Assembly: GCA_027021705.1 (NCBI GenBank) | Contig: JALUTT010000145.1 | Coordinates: 32,001-96,000, forward strand | Length of the DNA: 64,000 nt | Source: Anaerolineae bacterium | Lineage (GTDB): Bacteria; Chloroflexota; Anaerolineae; S140-20 | Direction of reading: 5' to 3' | In this document: positions 1 through 9,186 of the stretch, in pieces | Layout: each line of letters begins with the position of its first letter | How positions within the stretch are numbered: position 1 is the first letter of the stretch | Notes under the pieces: model-generated | Told to the model about the DNA's origin: nothing | Seen by the model: only the letters and a program-made list of their open reading frames with translations | Databases searched by the model: none | Made by a program: the position numbers and the translations under genes

Positions 1-1
1 A

Positions 2-847
2 CGCCGGGAGGAGTGGGAGATCAATGCCTACCCGGTCCTCAATCGGGGCGGGGAGGTGGAGCAGGCGATCCTCTTTGTCCGCGATGTGACCAAACAGCGA
101 ATGCTGGAGGCCTCGTTGCACCAGTCGGAGAAGCTGGCCGCGCTGGGCCAACTGGCTGCCGGCCTGGCCCACGAGATCAATAATCCCCTCACCGCCATCC
201 TGGCCAACACCCAGCTCCTCCTGCTGGATACACCTCCCGAAGACCCCGCCTACGAGTCCTTGGACCTGATCCTGCGGGCCAGTGAACGGGCCATCCGGGT
301 GGTGCGCAACCTATTGGACTTTGCCCGGCAAGAGGCTTACGATTTCGAGCCGGTAGACCTGAATCAGACGATCCGCAATGCCCTGGACCTGGTGCGCCAT
401 CAGTTCGACCTAGCCGGCATCGAGGTCATCTGCGACCTGGCTCCGGGCCTGCCCCCCGCCTACGCTAGCCGTGATCACCTGCAGAGCGTCTGGCTGAACC
501 TTCTCCTGAACGCCCGGGATGCCCTCCTGGAGGCCGCTGAGAAGCCTCAGCGCTGGGTGCGGATCACCACATCCATCGAAGCCGACTGGTTGCAGGTCCA
601 GGTGATGGACAATGGTGTGGGCATCCCGGAGCCCCACCTGAGCCGCATCTTCGAGCCCTTTTTCACCACCAAGGCCCCCGGCAAAGGGACCGGTCTGGGC
701 CTCTCCACCTCTTATCAGATCATCCAGCAGCACCAGGGCCAGATCCTTGTGGACAGTGACCCGGATCAGGGGACGACTTTCACGGTGCTTCTACCGACCG
801 CCAGCCGCAGACCGCCGACCAGGCGGCCAAGCGGCCAAGCGGCCTAG
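2..847 (+). CDS. PAS-associated sensor histidine kinase (NtrB-like), 5' end outside window
   Basis: H-box [10 protein letters not shown]-box [29 protein letters not shown]. The frame is open to the window edge with a PAC-like tail (FVRDVT). Confidence 0.9.
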   Translation, partial: RREEWEINAYPVLNRGGEVEQAILFVRDVTKQRMLEASLHQSEKLAALGQLAAGLAHEINNPLTAILANTQLLLLDTPPEDPAYESLDLILRASERAIRVVRNLLDFARQEAYDFEPVDLNQTIRNALDLVRHQFDLAGIEVICDLAPGLPPAYASRDHLQSVWLNLLLNARDALLEAAEKPQRWVRITTSIEADWLQVQVMDNGVGIPEPHLSRIFEPFFTTKAPGKGTGLGLSTSYQIIQQHQGQILVDSDPDQGTTFTVLLPTASRRPPTRRPSGQAA

Positions 848-927
848 CGACCTAGCGACTCGGCGGCGAACTGAGGACCGGGGACTGAGGACCGAGGACT
901 ACCTGGCCAAGCGACCATCCGACCAAA
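794..927 (+). repeat. Block of degenerate 7-mer (CCGACCG, CTGAGGA) and 8-mer (CGRCCAAG) tandem repeats
   Basis: cgaccagg cggccaag cggccaag cggcctag cgacctag ... ctgagga ccgggga ctgagga ccgagga ... tggccaag cgaccatc cgaccaaa. Confidence 0.8.
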
Positions 928-942
928 GCGAGGAGTGAGACG

Positions 943-1713
943 ATGCGCAAACCCATCATCGCCGGAAACTGGAAGATGCACAAGACGGTCGCCGAAGCAG
1001 TCCAGATGATCCGGGAGTTGATCCCGGCGCTGGCGTCGGTGGACCCGGAGGCGGTAGATGTGGTCGTCTGCCCGCCCTTCACCGCGCTCCAGGCGGTGCG
1101 CGAGGCGATTGGTCCGGCCCCCATCGGCCTGGGGGCGCAGAACATGCACTGGGAACCCCAAGGCGCTTTCACCGGCGAGATCTCCCCCCGGATGCTCAAG
1201 GAGCTCTGCCAGTACGTGATCATCGGCCATTCGGAGCGGCGGCAGTACTTCGGTGAGACGGATGAAGGGGTCAATCGGAAGCTCCAGGCGGCATTGGCCC
1301 ACGGCCTGACGCCCATCGTCTGCGTGGGGGAGAACCTGGAGCAGAACGAGGCCGGGCGGACAGAGGCGGTTGTGGGCGGACAGGTGCGGGCCGCCTTCGC
1401 CGGCCTGACGGCCGAGCAGGCTCAGCAGGTGATCTTGGCCTACGAGCCCATCTGGGCCATCGGCACGGGAAAGCCGGCCACGGGACCGGGAGCCAACGCC
1501 ATCATCGCCCAGGCGATCCGAGGCACGCTGGCCGACCTCTATGGGGAGACGGTGGCCCAGGCGATCCGGGTCCAGTACGGGGGGAGCGTGAAGCCCAACA
1601 ACATCGCCGAATTCATGGCCCAGCCAGAGATTGACGGGGCCCTGGTGGGCGGAGCATCCCTCAAGGCAGAGAGCTTCGCCGGCATCATCCGCAACGGTCT
1701 GGCCGCCCTGTAA
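943..1713 (+). CDS. tpiA: Triosephosphate isomerase
   Basis: IAGNWKM, IIGHSERR, AYEPIWAIGTG, YGGSVK, LVGGASL motifs. AGGAG RBS upstream. Confidence 0.98.
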   Translation: MRKPIIAGNWKMHKTVAEAVQMIRELIPALASVDPEAVDVVVCPPFTALQAVREAIGPAPIGLGAQNMHWEPQGAFTGEISPRMLKELCQYVIIGHSERRQYFGETDEGVNRKLQAALAHGLTPIVCVGENLEQNEAGRTEAVVGGQVRAAFAGLTAEQAQQVILAYEPIWAIGTGKPATGPGANAIIAQAIRGTLADLYGETVAQAIRVQYGGSVKPNNIAEFMAQPEIDGALVGGASLKAESFAGIIRNGLAAL

Positions 1714-1829
1714 CGTTGTGGGGGGCGGAATCGGGTTCGGTGTCCCCGCTGCACGCCGATACGCGGTAGGCGCTCAGCCGTGCGCTCCTCCTTTGGGCCG
1801 GTTCTCACGGCGCAGCAGGTTTTATCAGC

Positions 1830-1951
1830 GTAACTGTTCACCCTCCCGCAGGTTAGGCGCATTTCCGACGCGAAACCGTGCTTCCAATAGCCCATCGGGG
1901 CTGAAGGCGCCCTCGACCGGTGACCTGCGGGAGGGTAGGCTGAATAGATAC
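1830..1951 (+). mobile_element. 122-bp MITE, copy 1
   Basis: Ends GTAACTGTTCA...TGAATAGATAC (imperfect TIR). Perfect 8-bp flanking duplication TTATCAGC at 1822-1829 and 1952-1959. Three more copies in the window. Confidence 0.9.
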
Positions 1952-1963
1952 TTATCAGCAACG

Positions 1964-2764
1964 GTGGACAGCCTCCTCCTTGCCTCCAACGGTCGCCTGG
2001 AACTACTCCTCTTGGGGGTTGTGCTCACCTTCTCAGCCCTCTGGTTCGTCGTGCGCTGGATCCACCGCCACTTGCAGGGCGTGGCCCTGCTGTTGACCGG
2101 CGATCCCGACATCGCTCTCTACCTCTACGCCCTCTTGCTCTTCCCCGGCGTTCTCCTCCACGAGCTGAGCCACTGGCTGGTGGCTCGGGCGTTGGGCGTG
2201 CGCACGCGGGGATTCTCCCTGCGCCCTGCGGCCACATCCCAGGGGGCAGTCCAGTTGGGCTTCGTCGTCATCCAGCGCACCGATGTCGTCCGCTCCAGCC
2301 TCATCGGCCTGGCCCCCCTCCTGTCGGGCATCGGGGTGGTCCTGCTCATCGGGCAGCAGGTCTTCGCCGTTGAGCGGATCGCCGGGGCCCTGGTCGCCGG
2401 CGACCTGGGCCGGGCGCTGGAGGGGGCTGTCGCCGCCTTCCAGGTCCCTGATGCCTGGCTCTGGCTCTACCTCGTCTTCGCCGTCAGCAACGCCATGCTT
2501 CCCAGCGCCTCCGACCGTTCCGACTGGGGGGCGCTGGCTTTGCTCCTCCTGTCCGGTGGTGCGCTCTTCTTCTTGTTCCAGGACGGTGAGCGAGGGGGGC
2601 TCTATCGGCTGCTCCAGGGGTGGATACCCTCCCTGGAGGCGGGCCTGGCACTTCTGACCATGGCCTTCGGGACGACGCTGGCCGTGGACCTCCTCTTCGC
2701 CTTCATCATCGGCCTGCTGGAGCAGCTCATCGGCGGGCTCCGGGGACGGCGGGTGGAGTATTAG
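1964..2764 (+). CDS. Membrane protein with HExxH motif (M50-like zinc metalloprotease)
   Basis: FPGVLLHELSH, IGLAPL and PSASD motifs, several hydrophobic segments. GTG start chosen downstream of the MITE (start uncertain). Confidence 0.7.
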   Translation: MDSLLLASNGRLELLLLGVVLTFSALWFVVRWIHRHLQGVALLLTGDPDIALYLYALLLFPGVLLHELSHWLVARALGVRTRGFSLRPAATSQGAVQLGFVVIQRTDVVRSSLIGLAPLLSGIGVVLLIGQQVFAVERIAGALVAGDLGRALEGAVAAFQVPDAWLWLYLVFAVSNAMLPSASDRSDWGALALLLLSGGALFFLFQDGERGGLYRLLQGWIPSLEAGLALLTMAFGTTLAVDLLFAFIIGLLEQLIGGLRGRRVEY

Positions 2765-3800
2765 AGAGCAGGAGCAGGACGACGGCCATCACCCCCCAGA
2801 GGAGGGAGAGGGCGATAAGCTTATACAATCCTCGGGGCAGGAGCAGGGCCAGGAGGCCGAAGCCGGCGCTGAAGGCGTAGTACCCGAGCACGATGGCCCG
2901 CTGGGAGAGCCCCAGGTCCAGCAGCCGGTAGTGCAGGTGGTCTCGACCGGCGCGGGCCGGGGAGCGGCCCCGCCGCCAGCGGTCCACGATGAGCCAGGCC
3001 ACGTCCAGGATGGGGACTCCCATCACCAGCAGGGCGGTGGCGATCTTGGCCGGGGCCAGGATAGAGAGGGTGGCCAGGCCGTAGCCCAGCGTCATCGCAC
3101 CGCCGGAGCCCATAAAGATGCGGGCTGGGTGGAAGTTGAAGGGGAGGAAGCCCAGACAGGCCCCGGCCAAGGCCAGGGGGAAGAGGGCCACGATTGCCTG
3201 GCCGACGTTGCCCGTCTGGACGGCCAGTTGGTAGGCGTGGGCGGCGAAGAGGAGGGCAGCGATGGCCCCGACGCCGGCGGCCAGTCCATCCAGCCCGTCC
3301 AGCCAGTTCACCGTGTTCACCATCCCCATCACCCAGAAGAGGGTGAAGGCGATGGTCACAGGAAGGGGGAAGACGACCTCCCGACCGGTGAGCGGGTTGG
3401 TGATGCGCTCGATGAAGACGATGTGGGCGATGGCGATGAGGGCAGCCGCCGCCTGACCGAGGAACTGGAGGCCGGGGGGGAGGTCGAGGCGATCGTCCAG
3501 CAGCCCCAGGGCGAAGGCGAAGAGGGTGCCCAGCAGGACACCCCGCAGGCGGCGGGCGTCGTCGGCGATCTGGGGCGAGGCCGGGGGCTCTGCGACGTAG
3601 GCGAGGAGGTAGACCGTCAGGGCGACGGCGAAGAAAGCTCCGAAGAGGGCGATCCCACCCAGCCGGGGGGTGGGGCGGCGGTGGCCCCGCCGTCCCTGGG
3701 GCCGGTCCACGATCCCCCAGCACCGCCCCAGGTGGCCGGCCAGCGGGGTCAACAGGAGCGACAGAAAGAAGGAACTGCCGAGGACGAGGAGGGCGGGCAT
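2727..3800 (-). CDS. Polyprenyl-phosphate GlcNAc-1-phosphate transferase (WecA/TagO/MraY family)
   Basis: TPRLGG, GLLDD, NTVNWLDGLDGLA, FNFHPARIFMG, HLHYRL motifs. Confidence 0.92.
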   Translation of the reverse strand: MPALLVLGSSFFLSLLLTPLAGHLGRCWGIVDRPQGRRGHRRPTPRLGGIALFGAFFAVALTVYLLAYVAEPPASPQIADDARRLRGVLLGTLFAFALGLLDDRLDLPPGLQFLGQAAAALIAIAHIVFIERITNPLTGREVVFPLPVTIAFTLFWVMGMVNTVNWLDGLDGLAAGVGAIAALLFAAHAYQLAVQTGNVGQAIVALFPLALAGACLGFLPFNFHPARIFMGSGGAMTLGYGLATLSILAPAKIATALLVMGVPILDVAWLIVDRWRRGRSPARAGRDHLHYRLLDLGLSQRAIVLGYYAFSAGFGLLALLLPRGLYKLIALSLLWGVMAVVLLLLSNTPPAVPGARR

Positions 3801-3803
3801 CCC

Positions 3804-4430
3804 CTACCCTGTGCCAAACATCCGGTCACCGGCATCCCCTAGGCCGGGGAGGATGAATCCCGAATCGTTGAGGCGCTCGTCTATGGCGGCCACGTAGATG
3901 GGCACGTCGGGGTGGGCGGTCGTCAGTCGCTGGATCCCTTCGGGAGCGGCGATGATACCGATGAACTTGATGCGATTCGCCCCCCAGCGCTTGAGGATGT
4001 CGGCGGTGGCCACGGCCGAGCCCCCCGTGGCCAGCATCGGATCCAGGATCAAGCAGACGTCCACCGTGGGGCTGATGGGCAGCTTGTTGTAGTATTCCAC
4101 GGGGCGCAGGGTGCGCTCGTCCCGGAAGAGGCCAATGTGCCAGACCTCGGCCGAGGGCATCATCTCCCAGATGCCGTTGGCCATCCCCAGGCCGGCCCGC
4201 AGGATGGGGATCAGCCCGATCTTTTCTCTGAGCGTGTACCCTTGAGCCCTCCCCAGGGGCGTCGTCACCATCACCGGCTCCAGGGCCAGGTCTCTGGTCG
4301 CCTCGTAGGCCAGGAGGATGGCGATCTCGCGCACCAGCTCTCGAAACTTCTTCGGTTCGGTCTTCTGGTCCCGCAGTAACGTCAGCTTGTGCCGGACCAG
4401 GGGATGGGTGGAGACGTGGACCTGCTCCAT
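3804..4430 (-). CDS. upp: Uracil phosphoribosyltransferase
   Basis: [35 protein letters not shown]. Start at ATG 4430 with GGAGGAG upstream. Confidence 0.97.
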   Translation of the reverse strand: MEQVHVSTHPLVRHKLTLLRDQKTEPKKFRELVREIAILLAYEATRDLALEPVMVTTPLGRAQGYTLREKIGLIPILRAGLGMANGIWEMMPSAEVWHIGLFRDERTLRPVEYYNKLPISPTVDVCLILDPMLATGGSAVATADILKRWGANRIKFIGIIAAPEGIQRLTTAHPDVPIYVAAIDERLNDSGFILPGLGDAGDRMFGTG

Positions 4431-4514
4431 CAACCCGCTCCTCCGCGTCAGAGTGTGGTGACCTCTCGCTGCCATAGGGCAGATATGTCGGATGTCAGCT
4501 GCCTGACCGTGGTC

Positions 4515-4611
4515 ACCCTCCCGTAGGTCACGTGGTGCCCGGCGACGGCCACAGCTTATCGGAGGCTGCCTATGATCTGCTTCAGGCCGTGGGGGGAACC
4601 TGCGGGAGGGT
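4515..4611. repeat. Diverged relative of the MITE inner inverted repeat
   Basis: ACCCTCCCGTAGGT...ACCTGCGGGAGGGT arms span 97 bp, the same span as in the 122-bp MITE. The interior differs and the outer TIRs are absent. Confidence 0.6.
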
Positions 4612-4711
4612 CCCCCGGATTGTACCTCAACCTCCCTCCCCGGTCAACTATCTGGTGATGACCCTGGGTGGTCACCAGGGTCAACCATCGGTGGGCGGTG
4701 ACAGCCCGGCG

Positions 4712-4720
4712 TGGTATAAT
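4712..4720 (+). promoter_or_regulatory. Extended -10 promoter (TGGTATAAT) upstream of ruvB
   Basis: TGn-TATAAT ending 35 nt before the ruvB ATG. Confidence 0.55.
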
Positions 4721-4755
4721 CTCTTCGCCGGCCATCCAATTACCTCTGGCATACG

Positions 4756-5784
4756 ATGAGCGAACGAATCGTTTCCGCCCGTCCCCAAGAGAACGAGATC
4801 ACTCTGGACCGGGCCTTGCGCCCCCGCACCCTCGCCGAGTTGATCGGTCAGGATCGGGTGCGGGAGAACCTGACCATTCTGATCCAGGCGGCCAAGCAGC
4901 GGGGTGAGGCTCTGGACCACATCTTGCTCTACGGTCCTCCGGGCTTGGGCAAGACCACGCTGGCCCGCATCGTCGGCCACGAGATGGGGGTCAACGTGCG
5001 GGTGACCTCGGGGCCGGCCATCGAGCGGGCCGGCGACTTGGCTGCCATCCTGACCAACCTGCGGGCGGGCGACATCCTCTTCATTGACGAGATCCACCGT
5101 CTGGGGCGGGCGGTCGAAGAGATCCTCTACCCGGCTATGGAGGACTACGCTCTGGACATCGTCATCGGCAAGGGACCATCGGCCCGCTCCATCCGGCTGA
5201 AGCTCCCTCCCTTCACCGTGATCGGGGCCACGACCCGGCTGGCGTTGGTGACGGCCCCGTTGCGGGCTCGCTTTGGCGTCGTCCTTCGTCTCGACTTCTA
5301 CCCCCAGGAGGCCCTGGAGCAGATCGTGCATCGGGCCGCCGGCCTGCTCCAGGTCTCCATTGACGAAGCGGGCGCTCGGGAAATCGCCCGGCGTGCCCGG
5401 GGCACTCCCCGGGTGGCCTTGCGCCTCCTCAAGCGGGTGCGCGACTACGCCCAGGTCCACGGCGACGGTCGGATCACGGCGGAGATCGCCGATCGGGCCC
5501 TGGCTCTTTTGGAGGTGGACATGATGGGCCTCGATGAACTGGACCGCCGGGTGCTGCGCACCATCATCGAGAAGTTCGGCGGCGGGCCGGTGGGGCTGGA
5601 GACCATCGCTGCGTCCATCAGTGAGGAGCCGGACACCGTGATGGACGTGGTGGAGCCCTACCTGCTCCAGTTGGGCTTTCTGGAACGGACGCCCCGGGGA
5701 CGGGTGGCTACCCGCCGGGCCTACGAGCACCTCCAAATCCCCTATCCCGACGAGACGCTTCCTCGGCAACCCTCTCTGCTCTGA
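4756..5784 (+). CDS. ruvB: Holliday junction branch migration helicase RuvB
   Basis: LRP...[44 protein letters not shown]. Confidence 0.98.
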   Translation: MSERIVSARPQENEITLDRALRPRTLAELIGQDRVRENLTILIQAAKQRGEALDHILLYGPPGLGKTTLARIVGHEMGVNVRVTSGPAIERAGDLAAILTNLRAGDILFIDEIHRLGRAVEEILYPAMEDYALDIVIGKGPSARSIRLKLPPFTVIGATTRLALVTAPLRARFGVVLRLDFYPQEALEQIVHRAAGLLQVSIDEAGAREIARRARGTPRVALRLLKRVRDYAQVHGDGRITAEIADRALALLEVDMMGLDELDRRVLRTIIEKFGGGPVGLETIAASISEEPDTVMDVVEPYLLQLGFLERTPRGRVATRRAYEHLQIPYPDETLPRQPSLL

Positions 5785-5824
5785 CGCCTAACAAAACCTT
5801 AACCGATTTTTTACCACCCTGTAA

Positions 5825-5853
5825 TTGACTTGGGGCCTGGGCTCCTATACCAT
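5825..5853 (+). promoter_or_regulatory. Putative sigma70-type promoter for the kinase gene
   Basis: TTGACT-17 nt-TACCAT, about 225 nt before the ATG. Confidence 0.5.
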
Positions 5854-6079
5854 GGTGGCGTGATCCTATGGCGGTGTGGGGACCAGGGCTGGCTTTGTCC
5901 AGTGATGGGGATTGCTGGAACCGGCGTAGATGCCCAGTATTGTGGCTCCGCCATGGATTGGGTCACCGTTCCGACAGAGCTCCATAGCCGAGGCCGGTTC
6001 TGCCGGGGGCCGACCTCGAACTGCAACGTTCCTGTGTCTGCCCGCCAACAGCTAGATCGCTTCTCAATGAGGCCACGAC

Positions 6080-8350
6080 ATGGTCGACCTAACAGGGCAA
6101 CAGATCGGTCAATACTACATTGTGGCGCGGATTAGCAAAGGGGCTACCTCGACCATCTACAAAGCGTACCAGGCCAAGCTAAACCGCTTTGTCGCCATCA
6201 AGGTTCTCTCCCCCTATTTCACCGAAGACCCGGGCTTCTTGGAGCGTTTCGCCCGGGAGGCCCAGGCCGTCGCCCGACTGGACCACCCCAACATCCTCCC
6301 CGTTTACGACTTCGACCGCAAGGGAGACCTGGCCTACCTGGTGATGAAGTATGTCGAGACCGGCACCCTGCGGGATATGCTCAAAGGGAAGCCGCTTGAC
6401 CTGGAGACCATCTACGAGATCGTCAGCCAGGTTGGCTACGCGCTGGGGTACGCCCATCAGCATGGGATCGTCCATCGGGATGTCAAGCCGGGGAACATCC
6501 TCATCGCCGAGGGCAACTGGGCGCTGCTCTCCGATTTCGGATTGGCCAAGATCCTGGAGTCCCCCAGCGATCTGACCAAATCCGGCGTGGGGTTGGGTAC
6601 TCCCGACTATATGGCCCCGGAGCAGGCCCAAGGGCTGGCCGTGGATGCTCGGACAGACATCTACGCGCTGGGTGCCGTGCTCTACGAGATGGCGACTGGC
6701 CACGTCCCCTTCGAGGCAGAGACGGCGATGGCCGTCATCGTCAAGCACCTGACGGAGCCGTTGCGCCCACCTCGCCAGCTCAACCCTGAGCTTCCCCGGG
6801 CGGTGGAGGATGTGATCCTGAAGGCGATGGCCAAAGACCCCGATCGGCGCTTCCAGTCGGCCGAGGCGATGATCGCGGCCCTGGAGCGAGCGGTCCAGCA
6901 TCAGGATAGGCCTCTGGAGATTTCGGCCAGGCTCCGACCCGCTCCTGCCGCCGAGCGAGTCCGCGATCTGTGGGACCGGGCTCGCTGGTCAGGCTCTGTG
7001 CTGCGCTCCAAGGTGGTGGCCCGTTGGCGCGATTGGTCCCCCTGGCTGCGCTCCCGGTCCCTGGTAGCTTCGACAGCCCTGCGTCGCTCCTTCCAGCGCC
7101 TTGGACCCTGGCTGCGTTTGGTGGGCGGGGCGCTTGGCGACAGGGGCCGACGAGGAGGGCAGTGGATGGCGCAGAGGGTTGCCCACCGTGCGGTCCCTCG
7201 AGCGCGCCTCCTCGGGCGCCGACTCTACGAGGGGATCTACCGGGGGTTGGATTGGCTGGGGAACAGGACACGGGATCTGGTCTTGCAGGGTGTCGGAACC
7301 GTTGGCGCCCGTTGGCAGCGGATGAGCCGCCGCACACAGCGGGCTGCAGGGCTGGTGGCGCTACTGCTCGTGCTGATCCTCTGCGGGGGGCTGGCCCTCT
7401 TCCGTCCGCCCAGCGCCGTGGGCACCGATGGCACTCCGACGGCCACCCTGACCCCGGCAGGGACCACCGAGGTCGTTGCCGCCCAGCCCACGTCCACGTC
7501 CACCTTCACACCGACACCTGCCCCAACCGCCACACCAACCCCTTCGCCAACGCCGACGATCACCCCCTCGCCCACCCCTTCTCCCACGCCGATGGCGGCG
7601 AGGTCGGGGATGGTTGCCGTGCCTGCCGGTCCGGTCTGGATTGGCAGCACGATGGACCAGATCAACGCGGCCGTCGCCTTCTGCGGGAGCGATTGTCGCC
7701 CCGAACAGTTCCTGGACGAGAACCCCATCCACCAGGTTTACGTGGACAGCTTCTACATTGACAAGTTCGAGGTCACCAACGCCCAGTTCGCCTACTTCGT
7801 CAGCAAGACGGGGTACGTCACCGATGCCGAGCGGGCGGGCGACCAGGTCACCTGGCGGACCTTCAACACACCCGACCGGAAGTACCACCCGGTGATCTAC
7901 GTGAGTTGGAACGATGCCAACGCCTTTTGTCGCTGGGTGGGGAAGCGGCTCCCCACCGAGGCGGAGTGGGAGAAGGCCGCCCGAGGGACGGATAAGCGGA
8001 TCTGGCCTTGGGGGGATGGCTGGAACCCCGGTGTGCTGAACAGCAGCGAGTACGGGGCCGGGCAGCCGCTCCGGGTGGGGAGCTTCAAGGCAGGTGTGAG
8101 CCCCTACGGGGCCTACGATATGGCCGGCAACGTCTGGGAGTGGGTGGCCGACTGGTATAGCGCCGTCTACTACCAGGAGAGCCCCGTGGCCAACCCTCGG
8201 GGGCCGGCTGACCAGGGGATGGGGAAGGTGATCAAGGGGGGATCGTGGAAGGTGCGAGGCTACGAGGCCCGGGTCTCCAGCCGTCAGCAAGCCTCTGTGG
8301 ATGGACGTTCCGACGACATCGGCTTCCGCTGTGCCCTCAGCGCGCCATAG
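6080..8350 (+). CDS. Hanks-type Ser/Thr protein kinase with TM helix, Pro/Thr linker and C-terminal FGE-sulfatase (SUMF1-like) domain
   Basis: VAIK, HRDVKPGN, DFGLAK, GTPDYMAPE. (TP)n linker. FEVTNAQF, RLPTEAEWEKAARG, DMAGNVWEW, GFRC. Confidence 0.93.
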   Translation: MVDLTGQQIGQYYIVARISKGATSTIYKAYQAKLNRFVAIKVLSPYFTEDPGFLERFAREAQAVARLDHPNILPVYDFDRKGDLAYLVMKYVETGTLRDMLKGKPLDLETIYEIVSQVGYALGYAHQHGIVHRDVKPGNILIAEGNWALLSDFGLAKILESPSDLTKSGVGLGTPDYMAPEQAQGLAVDARTDIYALGAVLYEMATGHVPFEAETAMAVIVKHLTEPLRPPRQLNPELPRAVEDVILKAMAKDPDRRFQSAEAMIAALERAVQHQDRPLEISARLRPAPAAERVRDLWDRARWSGSVLRSKVVARWRDWSPWLRSRSLVASTALRRSFQRLGPWLRLVGGALGDRGRRGGQWMAQRVAHRAVPRARLLGRRLYEGIYRGLDWLGNRTRDLVLQGVGTVGARWQRMSRRTQRAAGLVALLLVLILCGGLALFRPPSAVGTDGTPTATLTPAGTTEVVAAQPTSTSTFTPTPAPTATPTPSPTPTITPSPTPSPTPMAARSGMVAVPAGPVWIGSTMDQINAAVAFCGSDCRPEQFLDENPIHQVYVDSFYIDKFEVTNAQFAYFVSKTGYVTDAERAGDQVTWRTFNTPDRKYHPVIYVSWNDANAFCRWVGKRLPTEAEWEKAARGTDKRIWPWGDGWNPGVLNSSEYGAGQPLRVGSFKAGVSPYGAYDMAGNVWEWVADWYSAVYYQESPVANPRGPADQGMGKVIKGGSWKVRGYEARVSSRQQASVDGRSDDIGFRCALSAP

Positions 8351-8398
8351 GACCGCCATCGGTCGCTGAGGGGCCGGGAGATTCAAAGACATCTCGCG

Positions 8399-8433
8399 CA
8401 CAGCCCTGGGCTACACCCAGGGCTGTGGTTTTT
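8399..8433 (+). terminator. Probable intrinsic terminator after the kinase
   Basis: CACAGCCCTGGG-ctaca-CCCAGGGCTGTG hairpin followed by GTTTTT. Confidence 0.7.
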
Positions 8434-8462
8434 CCTGTGTCAGCCGTCAACGAATGTCCAAC

Positions 8463-9003
8463 GAGTGTGACCAAAATGGGTTGGAGGCGGTAGAAGCGCA
8501 ACGCCCCTGCATCTTTCCCCCAACAGCCTCCGATCACGCTCGGTCCAAAAGCCCCCGGAATCACTGAAGCACTGAGGGAAGTGAAGACACTGAGCCGTCG
8601 TCTCCCATCCGTTCAATCCGTTCCCCAATCCGTTGACAGCTCGTCCGCTCCGGCCACGGCGAGAGACACAAAGGGCACCAAGAGCTCAAAGGGCACGAAG
8701 CGGTGCGAAAGGCTGGACAAGCCCTCTTGGGAGCACCACCCCCCCATCCGTTCCAAATCCGTTCAATCCGTTCCCAATCCGTTGACAGCTATCCGTTCCC
8801 CAATCCGTTGACAGCTTGTCCGTCCGCCAACCAAGCCCTCAGAATCACTGACGCACTGAGGGAGGTGAAGACACCGAGCCTTGGGCAGTGCGGCCCAGGT
8901 CGTCGGCAAGGCCGTGACCCGACGCCGGGGAGGGAGTGCATCACTCCTCAGTGAGCTCATTTCTCTCAGCGCTTCAGTGGTTCAACAGCTTTTGGTCACG
9001 CTC
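8463..9003. mobile_element. 541-bp composite non-autonomous element, copy 1 (one 175-bp unit)
   Basis: TIRs GAGTGTGACCAAAA / TTTTGGTCACGCTC. 9-bp duplication ATGTCCAAC (8454-8462) / ATATCCAAC (9004-9012). Closely similar to 22716-23606. Confidence 0.9.
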
Positions 9004-9038
9004 ATATCCAACGAATAAGCGAATGCGAATGGATGGTG

Positions 9039-9067
9039 TTGACGAGGCTCCGGCTTTGCGTTACACT
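9039..9067 (+). promoter_or_regulatory. Putative sigma70-type promoter for rpiA
   Basis: TTGACG-17 nt-TACACT. Confidence 0.6.
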
Positions 9068-9186
9068 TGGGGTGGTCGGTTGTCGGGGCTCCCTGCTGGT
9101 CTGCCGTCCACCGGGCCACCGAATGGCGAACCCGGCGGGAGCAGAGAGGTGGGAGCGGACACGCGCGATGAGAACAAGGAGGCTTG

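Noticed and set aside
1766..1790. GTAG-type REP-like palindrome GTAGGCGCTCAGCCGTGCGCTCCT
   Set aside because: It is a single degenerate copy with no RAYT gene in the window.
1631..1963. Long N-terminal extension of the HExxH membrane protein
   Set aside because: It overlaps tpiA and reads through the MITE; a downstream GTG start is more plausible.
7430..7595. ACNCCN-type repeats (also 44140-44340)
   Set aside because: These are coding Pro/Thr linkers, not independent DNA repeats.
8440..8960. Short ORFs within the composite element (also 22834-23735)
   Set aside because: They are low-complexity translations of repeats, with frames shifting between 175-bp units and no transposase motifs.
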